Shown here one piece after another: positions 11,441 to 23,342 of a stretch of 64,000 bases of DNA. The notes under the pieces were generated by a model. It was not told where the DNA came from. It worked only from the letters and a program-made list of their open reading frames with translations, and did no database searches. Each line of letters opens with the position of its first letter. The stretch's first letter is position 1. Origin of the DNA: Eukaryota sp. TZLM1-RC (Eukaryota; Protista; Metamonada: BaSk clade); the NCBI GenBank assembly GCA_040285825.1, contig JAUPSS010000007.1, positions 210,501-274,500 on the forward strand. The letters run 5' to 3'. A program made the translations under genes and the position numbers.

Positions 11441-13180
11441 CTAAACCCAGAATGGTTTAATAACATTGATACCAACCAATACGGCCAAAACAACAAACAA
11501 AGAATATAGAATTAATTGAACCAAAGCAAATGGCTTTGTGCTCTTAAACTTATTGACTGGAATCATGACCAAGGTAACCAAACAAGAGATTATCAGGAAA
11601 ATAAAGGTAATGCTAATGTTACCATCATCCTCAAATGTGACTGGCTTTGGATATTCACTTATAAGACGTTCCAACATTGAAATACCCAAACCAAGGTTCA
11701 TTGAGAGTAGAGATGAGCTGAAGATGGCACCGACAGCCATTAAAGGTTGACCAGCTCTGGCAACAACCAAGTTTGCAACTAAATCACCAATTCCATTACC
11801 AACTGATAATACCAACAAGCCAATCAGTGTGGGAGAAAGACCAAAAATTCGAGAAATAGAAGACAGCAATAATACCAATTCATCAGCAATCAATTCCAAC
11901 CACTGAACAGATAAGACAACACAAAGGATCAACCATAGAATAAATGGCTTAGGGACTCTGGACTGGGTAGTGGTTAGTGAAACCCAAGCCGTAAGTGCTA
12001 ATACTAAAGCTCCAATAGGGTAAATCATTGGTAAGCCTGCCACTTTATCATGTAAAACATCAATTTCAAACTGCCAGATAAGGAAAATTGAAGCAAAGAA
12101 GGGTGTGGTGAGAGTAAGGGCACGGACTGAGGAATCTTCTTCTATCTGGGGAATGGTAAGATAACGAACAAATACAAAGGGCAACTCAATAAAACCAATA
12201 ATCTTATCCAAAACTGAAGTTTTCTCATCCCATTCTAATCCTTTAACTAGGGCCGATTTGATGGAATAAGGCTCTTCAATCTGTTTTTCAATCAAAACAG
12301 TGTCCAAATCAACGTCATCAGAGTTGATGTTTTTGAGCGACTTTTTTGATAAAAGACCAGCCTTTTTGAGCTTTAGGTTTTCGAAAAGCTCAGAGATAAT
12401 AAGATATCCTATATAGGCAGCAAAGTAAGCCAAAACTATAATGATCTGCCACAAATGGAGTTCTCCATTGAAACAAAAGGCTCCAAAGATAACAACACCA
12501 GCGAAGTAGACCACCAAATCACGCATGAAGGGTCCCTTATTGACTTTGAACTCACCAACAGCGAATGTAACAAAAGTAATGATGAGAGAAACGGCAAAGA
12601 GGGAACTTCCGAGAGCAGCACCAATGGATATGGTAATATCTTCATCAGCTCCGGCAATGATAGAGAAAACGTCTAACGTGAGGAAGAGATGAGGGGAACA
12701 TACCGGGAGCAGCGTTGGCAAAGGAAAGAAGAGTAGCGCCGGCAACTTCAGGGCTGAGCTTCAGAAGATCACTAACTTCGGTGAGAGAGGGAGCCTAGAG
12801 TGAGACATGTGGGGAATGAGACATACAAGATAGCCATCAGCGGTGGAGCCGAGCAAACTGAAAAGCAAAAGAGTACACCCAAAGAGAATGGCAAAGGAGA
12901 GGATCCCGAGTTTATGTGGAAGGAACACACAAGCATGGACCTCTAACCAGTTCCAACCAAAATCAGATTCGAAATCCTCACCCTGGCACTTTTGACGGAC
13001 AAATTCACAAGGATCATCCTGTCCCATTGGATCTACACAAGCATCATCTTCCTGTTGGAAGACATTGAGGGGAGATGAGTTGGAATCATGTTGTTGTGGA
13101 GCAAGACGAGAGTAACACAGCAGAAGCACAACAGAGAAGAAGCAGACACGGGATATCCAGACAAAGCTGGTGGATGACAT
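11441..13180 (-). CDS. Cation/Ca2+ exchanger (CCX/NCLX family), 3 exons
   Basis: Removing GT-AG introns at 12795-12826 (32 nt) and 12673-12703 (31 nt), both starting GTATGT, joins the two track ORFs. This restores the alpha-1 repeat LSPEVAGATLLSFANAAPDVFS. The alpha-2 repeat is LSVGNGIGDLVAN. N-terminal signal/TM segment. Confidence 0.92.
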
Positions 13181-13269
13181 CTTCTAAGGTGAATTAGTAA
13201 AAAGGTTTCTAGCAGTAACTTTCTTAAAACAAATATTTGTTGAAGATGCACACTTAATTAAATTAACTC

Positions 13270-14126
13270 ATAACTAATGGGACGACTATCATTGAACCAA
13301 GATTTCCTCTACAAAATCTTGATCTGCTTGCTGTCGAGCTAAAGCTTCTCTTATTTGATTGAAAAACCGAGGTAATCTATTACTAATGGCAAATTGAATC
13401 CGAGAGCGCCATAAAAAAATATCAAATCTTTTCATTGTTTTTTCTTGCACCATTTTTTGGAAGTCATTCAAAAAAGTTTCTGCTTAAACTGATAATCTTC
13501 CATTTATCGAAAATGGGAAAGCAATAAAAAACTAACTGTGTACTTCTACCAGCATTAGCATTTTCAATATCTTTATCATATTTTCTATGTTTTTCTTTTG
13601 CTTTAAGATCAAGATATAAACTAAGAGAAAGTCTTTGAAAAGTTTTGCCTTTTTGTTTTACAAAATCAACAAAATTTTGCAGATTCATTAACAACAACCC
13701 AAAACACAACTGTTACTGCTTTAAAAGAAAAAATTTAAGAACTGATGTAAAAAACGGAGTCGATGCTTTCCCAATTTAAAATACATTCTTCAAACATAAA
13801 AAGCTTAATAGCGTTCCTGTATCTGCTTTCCCTGATAATCGCCTTGTGGACCGTCTGATGGATCCATCATCTGGCCTTATCTGGCCTATTGGGGGGAGAA
13901 GTCATATTGTTGGAAATGTCTTCGACAGATGGGACACTTAACACAGAAAGTGCAGTAGTAGGAACAACAAAGGGTAAAAGTTTACTTTGAACAAGACGAG
14001 GTTGTTTTGTAGGTGGCGAAAAGACCATGCTAAATGATATGACAAAAAAGTTGGGCGATATGAAAAAAATCGCCCAATTAATAGGCGCCCAATTTTTTGG
14101 CGTCCAAAATTATAGGAAACACGGTA
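13270..14126 (-). mobile_element. Truncated TIR-type element carrying a degenerate unknown ORF
   Basis: The right boundary reads (minus) TA-CCGTGTTTCCTATAATTTTGGACGCC, a pogo-like terminus, with subterminal palindromes (ttgggcgat...atcgcccaa). The broken ORF (...CFPIFDKWKIISLSRNFF / KTMKRFDIFLWRSRI...QDFVEEIL) has a homologous copy at ~22430-22745 (+). The left boundary is approximate. Confidence 0.5.
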
Positions 14127-14142
14127 CCCTAGGAAACACGGT

Positions 14143-15323
14143 GTTGTCTAATAGAATTAAGGAAGAATTTTTGGATCGACCAAAGAAAGGAAGATGCCCT
14201 TTAATTGGTACAGACATGCAGAAAAAGTTGGTGAATTTAATTACAGCTATGGAAAAGGAAAGTGCAATTATGGATGCAGCAGAAGACTATCACCCGCGCC
14301 TAGTACTGATGATGGACGAAACCATGGTACCCTGGATTCCAGTAAAGGGAAAAACTTATGCTCCAAAAGGTCAGAAAACAATCACTATTCAAGGATTAGG
14401 TGATAAAAGAGGCAACACAGCAACACTTACAATTTCGAAAGCTGGAGATTTGCTGCCATTACAATTGATTTGGGAAGGTAAAACACAAGTCAGTGTTCCA
14501 AATTATGAATGGCCCAGTGAAGTAATTCACTCTTTATCACCAAAAAGTGAGGGTGTATCAAAAGCTGCTGTTACAAAGTGGCAAAATGGACATAGTATTG
14601 TCGAATATTTGAGATATGTAGTAGGGAATTATTTGAAACGAGTCAGAGCTGAACTTAAGGAAGGGTTTGAACTTGCAGAAGTACCAATGGGCGAACGTGC
14701 TTTGATGATTTGGGATCACCACCATTCTCATAAATGTGAAAACGCTGTCCAAGTTTGCCAGGAGCTAAATATTGATCCTATTATGATTCCTGAAAGATCA
14801 ACCGATCTCTTTTGTGTCCTTGACATTTCTATAAACAAAGAATTTAAGGCCAATTTAAAGGACAGTTTCGCAGATTATTGTGCTGAACACGTTCAAGATG
14901 CATTGTCAAAGGGAGTACCTGCAGAATGCATCAAGATGAAGTTGACCAAAGGAGCTTTGAATCACTATTTGGGAAGATGGATCATGACTGCTTTTCGTTT
15001 CGTTGAAACAAATGCGTCTCAATGGATCGCGTCAGGATGGGAAAAGGTCGTTAAAAACATCTCCACTTGTCTAGAATATGAAGCAGGTGATATCATAGAA
15101 ATCAGATCAGATTTGTCTGATATTGAGTCAGAGTATGAATGATTGTAGTTTGGTTTAAATTTTGCTTATAAATGTTTGTCTTTAAAATTTGACACGTGTT
15201 ACCAAAAAGTGCACACGTGTAAACACTGTTTAAAAATAAGTGGGAATTTTTAAATTGGGAATTTTTCAAAAAATTCCCAAAATTCCCACTATTTTTTGAA
15301 CCAATTCTAACCGATATACGGTA
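14143..15323 (+). mobile_element. pogo-superfamily (DDE_1) DNA transposon, 5'-truncated, DD35D transposase ending at 15142
   Basis: Catalytic motifs VLMMDET, MIWDHHHSH and VLDISINK, with 35 aa between D2 and D3. The right end ...ccgatatacgg-TA ends at 15323, with a subterminal hairpin (gtgggaattt...aattcccac, ~15240-15290). The track ORF's N-terminus (14027-14142) runs through the neighbouring element's terminus and is likely chimeric. Confidence 0.82.
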
Positions 15324-15405
15324 GCTGATATATCCAAGTGGTTACGGAGGTTGACTTGAAATCAACTGGGCTATGCCCGCGCAGGTTCGAATCCTGCTGT
15401 CAGCG
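15324..15405 (+). tRNA. trnS-UGA: tRNA-Ser (anticodon UGA), intronless
   Basis: Acceptor stem GCTGATA/TGTCAGC with discriminator G; anticodon arm GTTGA-CT TGA AA-TCAAC; long variable arm GGGC-TAT-GCCC; T-loop GGTTCGAATCC; oligo-T Pol III terminator at ~15412. Confidence 0.96.
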
Positions 15406-15654
15406 TGTTGATTTTTTTCCAACAATTATTTATTTCTGTTGATGAGATGTAATGTATCAAATGTGTTTATCTGTTCTAAATGGTTGAATGAATCCTAAAC
15501 TGTATGGTGAATGCATCGGACGAGTTCAAGTTGAACAAAAGTACATTTTGTGGAAACAGGTCTTATACTTCAATAACTAAAGTAAAAAATCGAATGCTAA
15601 CCCAAAAAGCCAAAATTTTGAAAAATTCTCAACAACACTTATCACCCTCACTCA

Positions 15655-17711
15655 ATGTTCGAATCAGAGAACACTGGTAACGATAACAACGTTCTACATT
15701 CAGTTCTTGGCTACTCTCACTTATTAAACACATCTAACAATGTTAGAAGTAATAGTGACAATCAATGTTCATCTGGTATTTAACTACATGATATCGATTC
15801 TCTAAATCAAGCACCTGGCAGAACCACAACCACTAATCCCACTGAGGATTCTAACAATAATCCACTTCTTCTTGGCTTTAGCTCAAAAATCAGGGTTGGC
15901 TAGGTCAAAATAAGTTATTCAAGACAAGAACTTTTGGATCTGAGACAAAACTGTCCAGTTGATCCTGATTTTTCTGGCAAAATGTCAGAAATGATTAATT
16001 TGCATAATAGTCTTCTGATTAAAGGACGGAGTAATTCTAATAACAAGAAGAACAAAAGACGAGGGAACCAACAACAATCAAGAAGTAATAGTCGAAGATC
16101 TAGCCCCAGAGCCAGTTCCAGTCCCAGCATTGGACTTGTTCCTCTAATCGACAGGAACAACACTTGCTACAATATAAATAAGCAAAAAGTCGAGAAAGAA
16201 AAGATTCATTATTAAAAATCACCAAATATTGCATGGGTCTGCTGAACAAGATTTCTTATTCCAATCAAAACAAAATTCGTACTGAATTAAAGCTTATTTT
16301 TAGTAAACAGTTGAAAATCTCAAAGTCTTTCAATCAGCAGCAATTCTCAACATTTGTGGATGATTTTGCAGCTGCCCTGTGGAAGAATGCTGTGTTGGAT
16401 CCCAAGTTCAGGAGTGTTTATGCTTCTTTATGTGAATTTGTTACCCATTTGATCCCAAAAACTGATGCTGATAATGGGTTCCATCACCGATTGGTTGTTC
16501 TCTGCCAAAATAATTTTCAGCAGAATTTTTTGGCATATTTTGATGGAGATTTCAAAAACCAAAACGGTAATGTTTCTCCCAATCAACCAGAGGATAGTCA
16601 TTGGAAAGTCGCCATTGAAAGAAAGCTTCAAAGCTACAAGGAGAAAGTGTCCCATTAGTATGGATCAACCGAATGTGGTGAACGGGAACTTTTTATGCAG
16701 AGAGAATATGAAGGTGTTCTTCACAGTGAAATGATGTTTGGTAACATTAAATTTGTTGCTTTATTGGTTATTCAAGCAGTTTTTGAACCAGGTGTTGCTG
16801 CTCATATTTCAGGTCAACTGGTCCCCTTTCCATATAGAAAAGGATATATTCAAACTTTGGTTGATTTTTGGAAAACCATGCTGTGGAGAGCTGCTCCTGT
16901 GGAATTCACAGACACGCTTGATAGAAACTTTGCCAAATTTTCCAAAGATCCCAGGGTTGACGTAAAATCAAGGGCTTTGTGTGACACTTTTTGTGACTTT
17001 TAACAATCCAAGAAAAAAGAACTACTAGAACGTACCAGAATAGGAACAAGATGGCTTGTTTAAATGCGTTGAATGTATTTGATTACTGGTTATCCGGTGA
17101 AGAAGGTAGGCCTGTTTATCTTAGAACTTAGTTTATTTTTACTGACTAGTAAAATCTAGTCATAGTTGACATGCGCCATGATTATCAGCACAAAGCCAGC
17201 CTTTCCAAACAAATGGCCTTTAACTCCAGTCACCCCAGCATTACCCAAAAGATATAAGAAGATGATAAAAACAATGAAGAAGAAAATCACTCATGAAGTT
17301 GTTGAGAAATTTGCAAGACCCCTGATGACACCAAAAGTAGAAAAAGGCATGCAGTTGGCAAAACTTTGGTTTGATCATAGTTGCGATTCGGCCCAAACCG
17401 GTATCGATTATCTTTCTTACTTTATGAATGTTGTATTTGAAAGGCAGATTATAAACAAAATTGATGTCTCAGTGGCGATGTCCATATTTTTCGAGACAAA
17501 TGTTAGTATTTTGTTGGAAGAATGTCCACTTTCTAAGTATTTCATTGGTGAAATAGTCAAATGTTTGACTGACAAACAGCTGCTTACTTATACCAATCTT
17601 GCTTCTGTGATTGACAATATTGAAGATGAGTTTGTTAAATCCGACGTTTTGAATTTATTAACAATTTTCTTCAAAGACAGAGGTTTAGAATATGAGTTTT
17701 TGTATTTTTAG
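15655..17711 (+). pseudogene. eIF4G-like pseudogene (4E-binding motif + MIF4G + MA3)
   Basis: YSRQELLDLR fits the YX4LL eIF4E-binding motif. MIF4G motifs GLLNKIS, FRSVYASLC and GNIKFVALL. MA3-like LLEECPLSKYFIGEIV. Interrupted by in-frame TAA/TAG (15781, 15901, ~16657, ~17001-17043) and frameshifts (~16200, ~16690). Confidence 0.78.
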
Positions 17712-18207
17712 TATTTTTTAAATGGTAATCATACAATTCAATATTTTTAGTTCGTAAATGAATTGTATAGTTCTTAGTTGCCAATAACCATACCTGATAA
17801 TCAGTTGACTCCAAGGAGGGTGTTCTGAAGTGTTCTATAATTACCATTGATCAAGTCAAAGTTCACTGTAAGTTCAGCACTTAGGGTCAAATATTGTTTC
17901 ATAAAGTGTGTTGAGCAGTCAATTTATGCCAGTACCAAGGAATAGTACTTAACTAAGTATAGATAAAATAACCTTCACGTTTATCTCTTCCCCAGTCAAT
18001 GATGGAAAAAAATCCTATTCCATGCAATTTATTATTCCGTTTTTAAGTTGAAGTTTTGTTAAACATCTTTAGATGGCACCCCTGCTGAAAATAGTCAATA
18101 CTCTCTGACGGAAAAATCTAAAATAACTTACACTCTTCTCTCTCAACAGGTGATCGTTTCACTAGTTGTTGAGATTCCTGTCAATACTTTCGGTCAACGG
18201 TCAAGCC

Positions 18208-18261
18208 CTAGAAAGCTTGAAAAGCTACTAAATGAACAATTTCCTGTTCAAGAAAGTCTCT
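18208..18261 (+). repeat. 54-bp local duplicate of 18628-18681 (fragment of the ART gene 5' part)
   Basis: ctag(a/g)aagcttgaaaagctactaaatgaacaatttcctgttcaagaa(a/g)gtctct occurs twice. Confidence 0.85.
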
Positions 18262-18527
18262 GTGATTTTGTTAGACTGAATCTGTCAAATATAATAGGTG
18301 ATTTTTTCCTATGTTCTGATTGTCTTTCGCAAAATACCACCTTGTGTTGGGTCAATAACAAGAATCTAGTTGAGTGAGTGATGATGTGGCATCACGTGAT
18401 ATCTAATAACTAAATATGGCCAGGAGCCAACAGTTTGAATGAAATGGCAAAAATTTCAAAATTTAATTCTACTCGCCATTGTATTCACTACAGGGTTGCA
18501 GTTATTGATTTATACACAAACTTAACC

Positions 18528-19229
18528 ATGAATTCTAGTACTAGTAGACTAAAAGTCAATACTGATACATGGCAAACATTCAAGGAATACATCAAGGGTC
18601 CAGCAGCATTTAACCAAGATCCTAGTTCTAGGAAGCTTGAAAAGCTACTAAATGAACAATTTCCTGTTCAAGAAGGTCTCTATAACTCGATCAGATCCAA
18701 ACTTCCTGTTCTCCGAAGTGCAATTTCCGGTACCCTTATCAGTCAACTTGATGATGAATCTCTAATAGCTCTCTACGCTTACACCCTTGATTCAGAAGAT
18801 ATTGGTGGTAGAGAACCCATATACAAGCTTTTGAATGAATCTCTTCGTCTACATCGTTACGCATGTTGGAATCCACTCCTGTCTTGTTTATCAAAAGCCA
18901 TGTCAAAGAGATTAAGCTACAAGGAACGTCCTACTTTATTTGCTGGCCTCAACACATCAGTCTCGGATTCTCTCAAACCCAATGAATGTATTTATCTCCG
19001 TGACTTTAGATCTTGCTCTGAACAAAGATCCACAGCGGAACATTTCGGTAGCCTTTTGCTTCGTTTCACCAAGGTACATGCCCTTCCACTTTCTCGCATC
19101 TCACGGTATTCAAATGAAAAAGAATGGTTGATACCTCCAAGCAGCATCAGTGGATGTAAGTTTAGGATTACTAGAGTTGATACAGAGCGTAATGAGGTGC
19201 ATTTGGAACAGGAACCTGAATCCTGTTAG
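18528..19229 (+). CDS. Mono-ADP-ribosyltransferase domain protein (R-S-E / ARTC-like clade)
   Basis: ALYAYT, IYKLLNESLR, LFAG (normally LYRG), FRSCS...AEHF, ISRYSNEKEWLIPP (E-x-E). Start taken at ATG 18528; an upstream in-frame ATG exists at 18444. Confidence 0.8.
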   Translation: MNSSTSRLKVNTDTWQTFKEYIKGPAAFNQDPSSRKLEKLLNEQFPVQEGLYNSIRSKLPVLRSAISGTLISQLDDESLIALYAYTLDSEDIGGREPIYKLLNESLRLHRYACWNPLLSCLSKAMSKRLSYKERPTLFAGLNTSVSDSLKPNECIYLRDFRSCSEQRSTAEHFGSLLLRFTKVHALPLSRISRYSNEKEWLIPPSSISGCKFRITRVDTERNEVHLEQEPESC

Positions 19230-20689
19230 ATTTTGTTGTAAATAAATATATCCTTTGGTGATTATTCTTACTATTGTTACACCTTTATTGTTCACTTAAC
19301 CTGGAAACAAGATTAGAGAAAAGATTATCGTGTATTGCATCTCTGTTTCGGTACCAATGATTGAGTTTTTATTGATTTGACCCAGCGGTCTTCACCATGA
19401 AAAACTTGCGATAGAGGTGCAAAATGGAATCTACCAATATGCAGTTTTGGGGGGGGTGAATGAATTATCTCCTTGATTATTATTTTTACTGTTGCACTTT
19501 TTCTCAAAATTAAATAACAATTAATATGGAAATAAAGTGGCAAGCCGACGTTCTTTTGAATAATGAGTTATTTTCACATAATCCATGATATCACAATTTT
19601 ACTCAAGTCAGCTTTACTCTGTTTTACTATCAGGTCTCTTCACTTTTTGATAGTTTTCAGTTTGATGACAATAGGGATGTGAAATATTTGATAATATTAA
19701 CAAATTTGGTATAAATACTGATGATCATCCTTGCTAATTTTACCAATATTGAAATTCAGTAAATGAAAAATAACAGAAAATCCTGAAGTAAATGATTACA
19801 AAATAGATACAAATCCAACAGCGGCAAATTGAAAGCACTAAAACAAATTCTCTGAATTCGATATCAAACCACAATTTGACAAAGTTTTTTGTGTAGAATG
19901 TGGCCACCGAGGGATGGTCACGAAAATGAAGGTGTGTCAGAAAAAAAAAGCGAAATCAAAACTATAGCTGAAACTGGATGAGGAACTTTGTCTTCAACAC
20001 TGGTTGAATTAATTCTATAGCAGATTGATTACCTTTCTGGAACAACCATTGTTGTCATTGATGTGGAAATCAAGGTACTGTTCAGTTGTTTTAAAAAGTG
20101 ATGTCCACATACTCAACACAGTACATCAAGACAACCAATTTCAATGCTTTGGGACGGCGACAAACATGAATAAGAACACAGATAGTACAGAAGACACAAC
20201 ATGTAAGAAAGAGTGATCGTGTTGATGAGTTGATCAGGACGCTACTTCGTTATATACGATATGATCGAGTTCAGTAGACTAAAAGAGTGATGTCCAAAAG
20301 AAGATTCAATGTGAAACAAAGAGAAACGTAGTAGAGATGGAACCAATGAACAAGGATTGTGGCTGGGAGAGCAAATCAGTAAGCGGAGAAGATGACCATC
20401 CCTCTTCCCAGTAATGTACATAAACAGTGTGAATAAGTGAGGATTGCTGCCTGATGTTGTCAGTTATTCTTCCGGTTTCAAATTGAACTCAGTCAACAAG
20501 GTCGAATCTTGGTGACCAAGGTCAGAGCTTGAAACCCAAACTTTGTAATATAGTGAAGATGCAATTGACTCACAACACAATGTTCTATAGGGCCGTGTGA
20601 AAATCATCACCAACAACTTGAACAAATGAATGAAGATTTGATATTAAACAAATAACCATCAATCCTCCCCCAACATCAAATCACTCTAC

Positions 20690-21883
20690 ATGGCATGCAA
20701 ACTGCGGTCATCTCTTCTGAAAGAACTCATGGACAGGGACAGAAACGCCCTTTCTTCTGCTCTGTCTGATCTAGAAGCAACTAAGAAGAACAATGAGGAC
20801 CTTCGTGCCCAGTACACTGCCCAAGAAGCTAAACTTCTGAAAATGCAAGAAGAACTAGAATCTGCTCAGGAAAACAATCGGAATCTGTCTGCATATATCC
20901 CTCTGCTACGGAAAACTGTTGAGGTAAAACAAGATGAATTTGCACAAGCTGAGTCATCCTTCAAGGAACAACTCGAAGATTTGCGCTTTCAGAACAACCA
21001 GCTTCTCGCTCGTAATGTCGAGTATGAAAAGCAGTTGAGTGATGCGAATAAGCTTTCATATGATTACCAAGAAAGTCTCTATGTTGCTCAAACTGAACTC
21101 GAACACGCAAGGAGAGACTTAAAGAAAAGTCGAACTGAGAACCAAACCTTAAGGATGATGATAGAAGAGCAGCAAGGAGCTACTTCTTCTCATGATTTGG
21201 TTGAAAATGCACTTGAACCCATCCACAATGACTTTTACGCTCCTGTCCAAATGCAAGCCGGTGCAAAGCGAAGATCAGGTCATATCCTAACGAATCTTGC
21301 TTCAGCAAATGATTTACTGAATGATTCTTTTGTGGAACCTCAAACTCATGAGGACGATTTTGATGCTGGTAATCAAGCCAACCAAAAACTGTCTCAGCTT
21401 GTCTCCATTTTAAAGAACTTCGAAACCCCTCATTTCAAGGTGCTCTTGATTCTTGCTATTCATTTACCAATGCCACTATCTCAAATAGTATCTTTCAAGA
21501 TAAACGACATTTTTGACAAGAAAACGAAAAGTTTTGTTAGTTTGCAACATGGCAAGAAATTTATCAATTTGAATGAAATGCACCCAGTGTTTAAAAGACC
21601 ACTTACAATTTGGTTTTGCGAAAAACAACCAAGTGAGAAGTTCCACAATGCCTTTCTGTTTCCTGCCAGTAAACACATCAAAGCTGCTGGAAAAAGAAAA
21701 GTAGTTCAAAGTCGCCATTTGAAGGGAGCTACGGCATGGTGCCGAATCCAGAAGGTTGGTAAAACTGTTGGGTTCAAGTTGGATGTAAAATGGTTGAGGG
21801 ATTTTGGTGAATTAGTGAATAATACTGAGGTTATTTCATTATTTACTACTGAAATTGAAGATGCTTTGGATGATCTTATTTAG
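20690..21883 (+). CDS. Coiled-coil protein with C-terminal degenerate tyrosine-recombinase (phage-integrase-like) domain
   Basis: ~160-aa heptad coiled coil. Then KVLLILAIHLPMPLSQIVSFKINDI (box I, cf. LL..TG.R.SE+..L...DI), FLFPAS, and HLKGATAWCRIQKVGKTVGFKLDVKWLRDFG (cf. LS...+...+K..G....+..H.LR). Confidence 0.65.
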   Translation: MACKLRSSLLKELMDRDRNALSSALSDLEATKKNNEDLRAQYTAQEAKLLKMQEELESAQENNRNLSAYIPLLRKTVEVKQDEFAQAESSFKEQLEDLRFQNNQLLARNVEYEKQLSDANKLSYDYQESLYVAQTELEHARRDLKKSRTENQTLRMMIEEQQGATSSHDLVENALEPIHNDFYAPVQMQAGAKRRSGHILTNLASANDLLNDSFVEPQTHEDDFDAGNQANQKLSQLVSILKNFETPHFKVLLILAIHLPMPLSQIVSFKINDIFDKKTKSFVSLQHGKKFINLNEMHPVFKRPLTIWFCEKQPSEKFHNAFLFPASKHIKAAGKRKVVQSRHLKGATAWCRIQKVGKTVGFKLDVKWLRDFGELVNNTEVISLFTTEIEDALDDLI

Positions 21884-22429
21884 TTGTTATTGTAAATTTG
21901 GAAAAGTAATGTTTAGAGAATTTTTTTAATGTGGATACATAAGCAAAATAACATTAAATAAACCACAATTTTTTATAAAGTTAGTTTTGCTGGGAATTTC
22001 TGAGTTCTTTTTTCAAATGATGATTGGATTATTACAATAAATTTCTACTACTAGATTGTTCACTAAAACATAATTTAAACATCTACATCCACCCAAATAA
22101 AAGCAGTGAGAAAGATTCGAACAGATTGAAACTCATCTTTTTTTCAGATTCTATGTTAACCATACACAATTGATAACAGTTGCAACAAAGCAGTTGCAAC
22201 ATTCAAACTACGTTTCAACAATTGTTATTATAGTCCATAAGTGACGCTGGCAGCGACACTGCTTTAATTATGACATTAAATGCAATAATATTATGAATTA
22301 AGGAGCCCTTGCTTAGACAAACACTGTCATTACACAAATTTGGTTTTGATGATAGAGCAGTTAAACCTCTGGCAACGGTGCAAATGACACTTTGATTCAA
22401 AGAAGAAAATTTTATCATGTAGATGCTCT

Positions 22430-22745
22430 TGAATTTCAAGCGAATAAAAAACATTGAAAATATGACAAAGATATCGAAAAGCTAATGCTGATAGAAACAG
22501 ACCACATGTTGTTATTCCTTTCCCATTTTCTATAAACGGAAAACTATCAGTAGACGCAGGAACTTTTTTGATGATTGGCAAAAACTGGGTCAACAAAAAA
22601 CGATGAAAAGATTTGACACCTTTTCGTGGCGATCGCCAATTTAGCTAGAATAATCAAGACTACTTCGGTTCTTTTACCGAGTAAGAGAAGCAATGGTGAG
22701 AACAGAAGCAGTTCAGGATCTTGTAGAGGAAATCTTGTTTCATTA
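22430..22745 (+). pseudogene. Degenerate copy of the unknown ORF at 13290-13620 (minus)
   Basis: Translates in pieces to YSFPIFYKRKTISRRRNFFDDWQKLGQQKTMKRFDTFSWRSPI...VREAMVRTEAVQDLVEEIL, colinear with the 13.3-13.6 kb fragments. Confidence 0.7.
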
Positions 22746-23342
22746 ATTAAAGTCTCATTAGTTCTGATTTAATTCTCCTTCAGTAATGGACTCAATTTGT
22801 TATCATTAGCATTAAGAACAGCATTATTTGAATTGTGAAACAAATGCAAAATCATTTAAAATTTGCACATTGGTTTCAAGAGCCAACCATTGAAATTGAA
22901 GTTTTTATATTCAAGTTTAAAAAAAGAAGAAGAGGTGTTGTTTCACACAGTCATTGAAAAACAAACTTTTACAACTAAAATTTGTGTTCGCTATTATCAG
23001 TTAGAGCTACTTTGAAATAGGTTATCTGTAGGGGAACAATTAATCACAAATGAACCACTACTTGACACTTTAATTTTTTTCTCTTTATTTGTGAAGGTAG
23101 TGGCGGCAAAATAGTCTATTTAAGTCAACGATTCTCAGAAAATTCAAGAATGATGGAAATTGAGGGAATCCTTTGAAACAAACGTGGACAGGGCAAATTT
23201 TCTCCTTTGCCATGATATCATAACGTAATGTCGATGTATACTCTGAAATAGAGCTGATTACAGTGACATTGAATTAAAAACCAAAAAGCAAAAAGCCAAC
23301 AATTTATAACTAAAAATATGGAATAAAAATGAAACCATTTCT

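Noticed and set aside
15655-17711. TAA/TAG-to-Gln reassignment explaining in-frame stops in eIF4G-like, RCC1 and TRIM copy 2
   Set aside because: Conserved intact genes terminate at TAA (RFC1) and TAG (exchanger, TRIM copy 1). The broken loci also carry frameshifts, and the TRIM stop replaces AAA (Lys).
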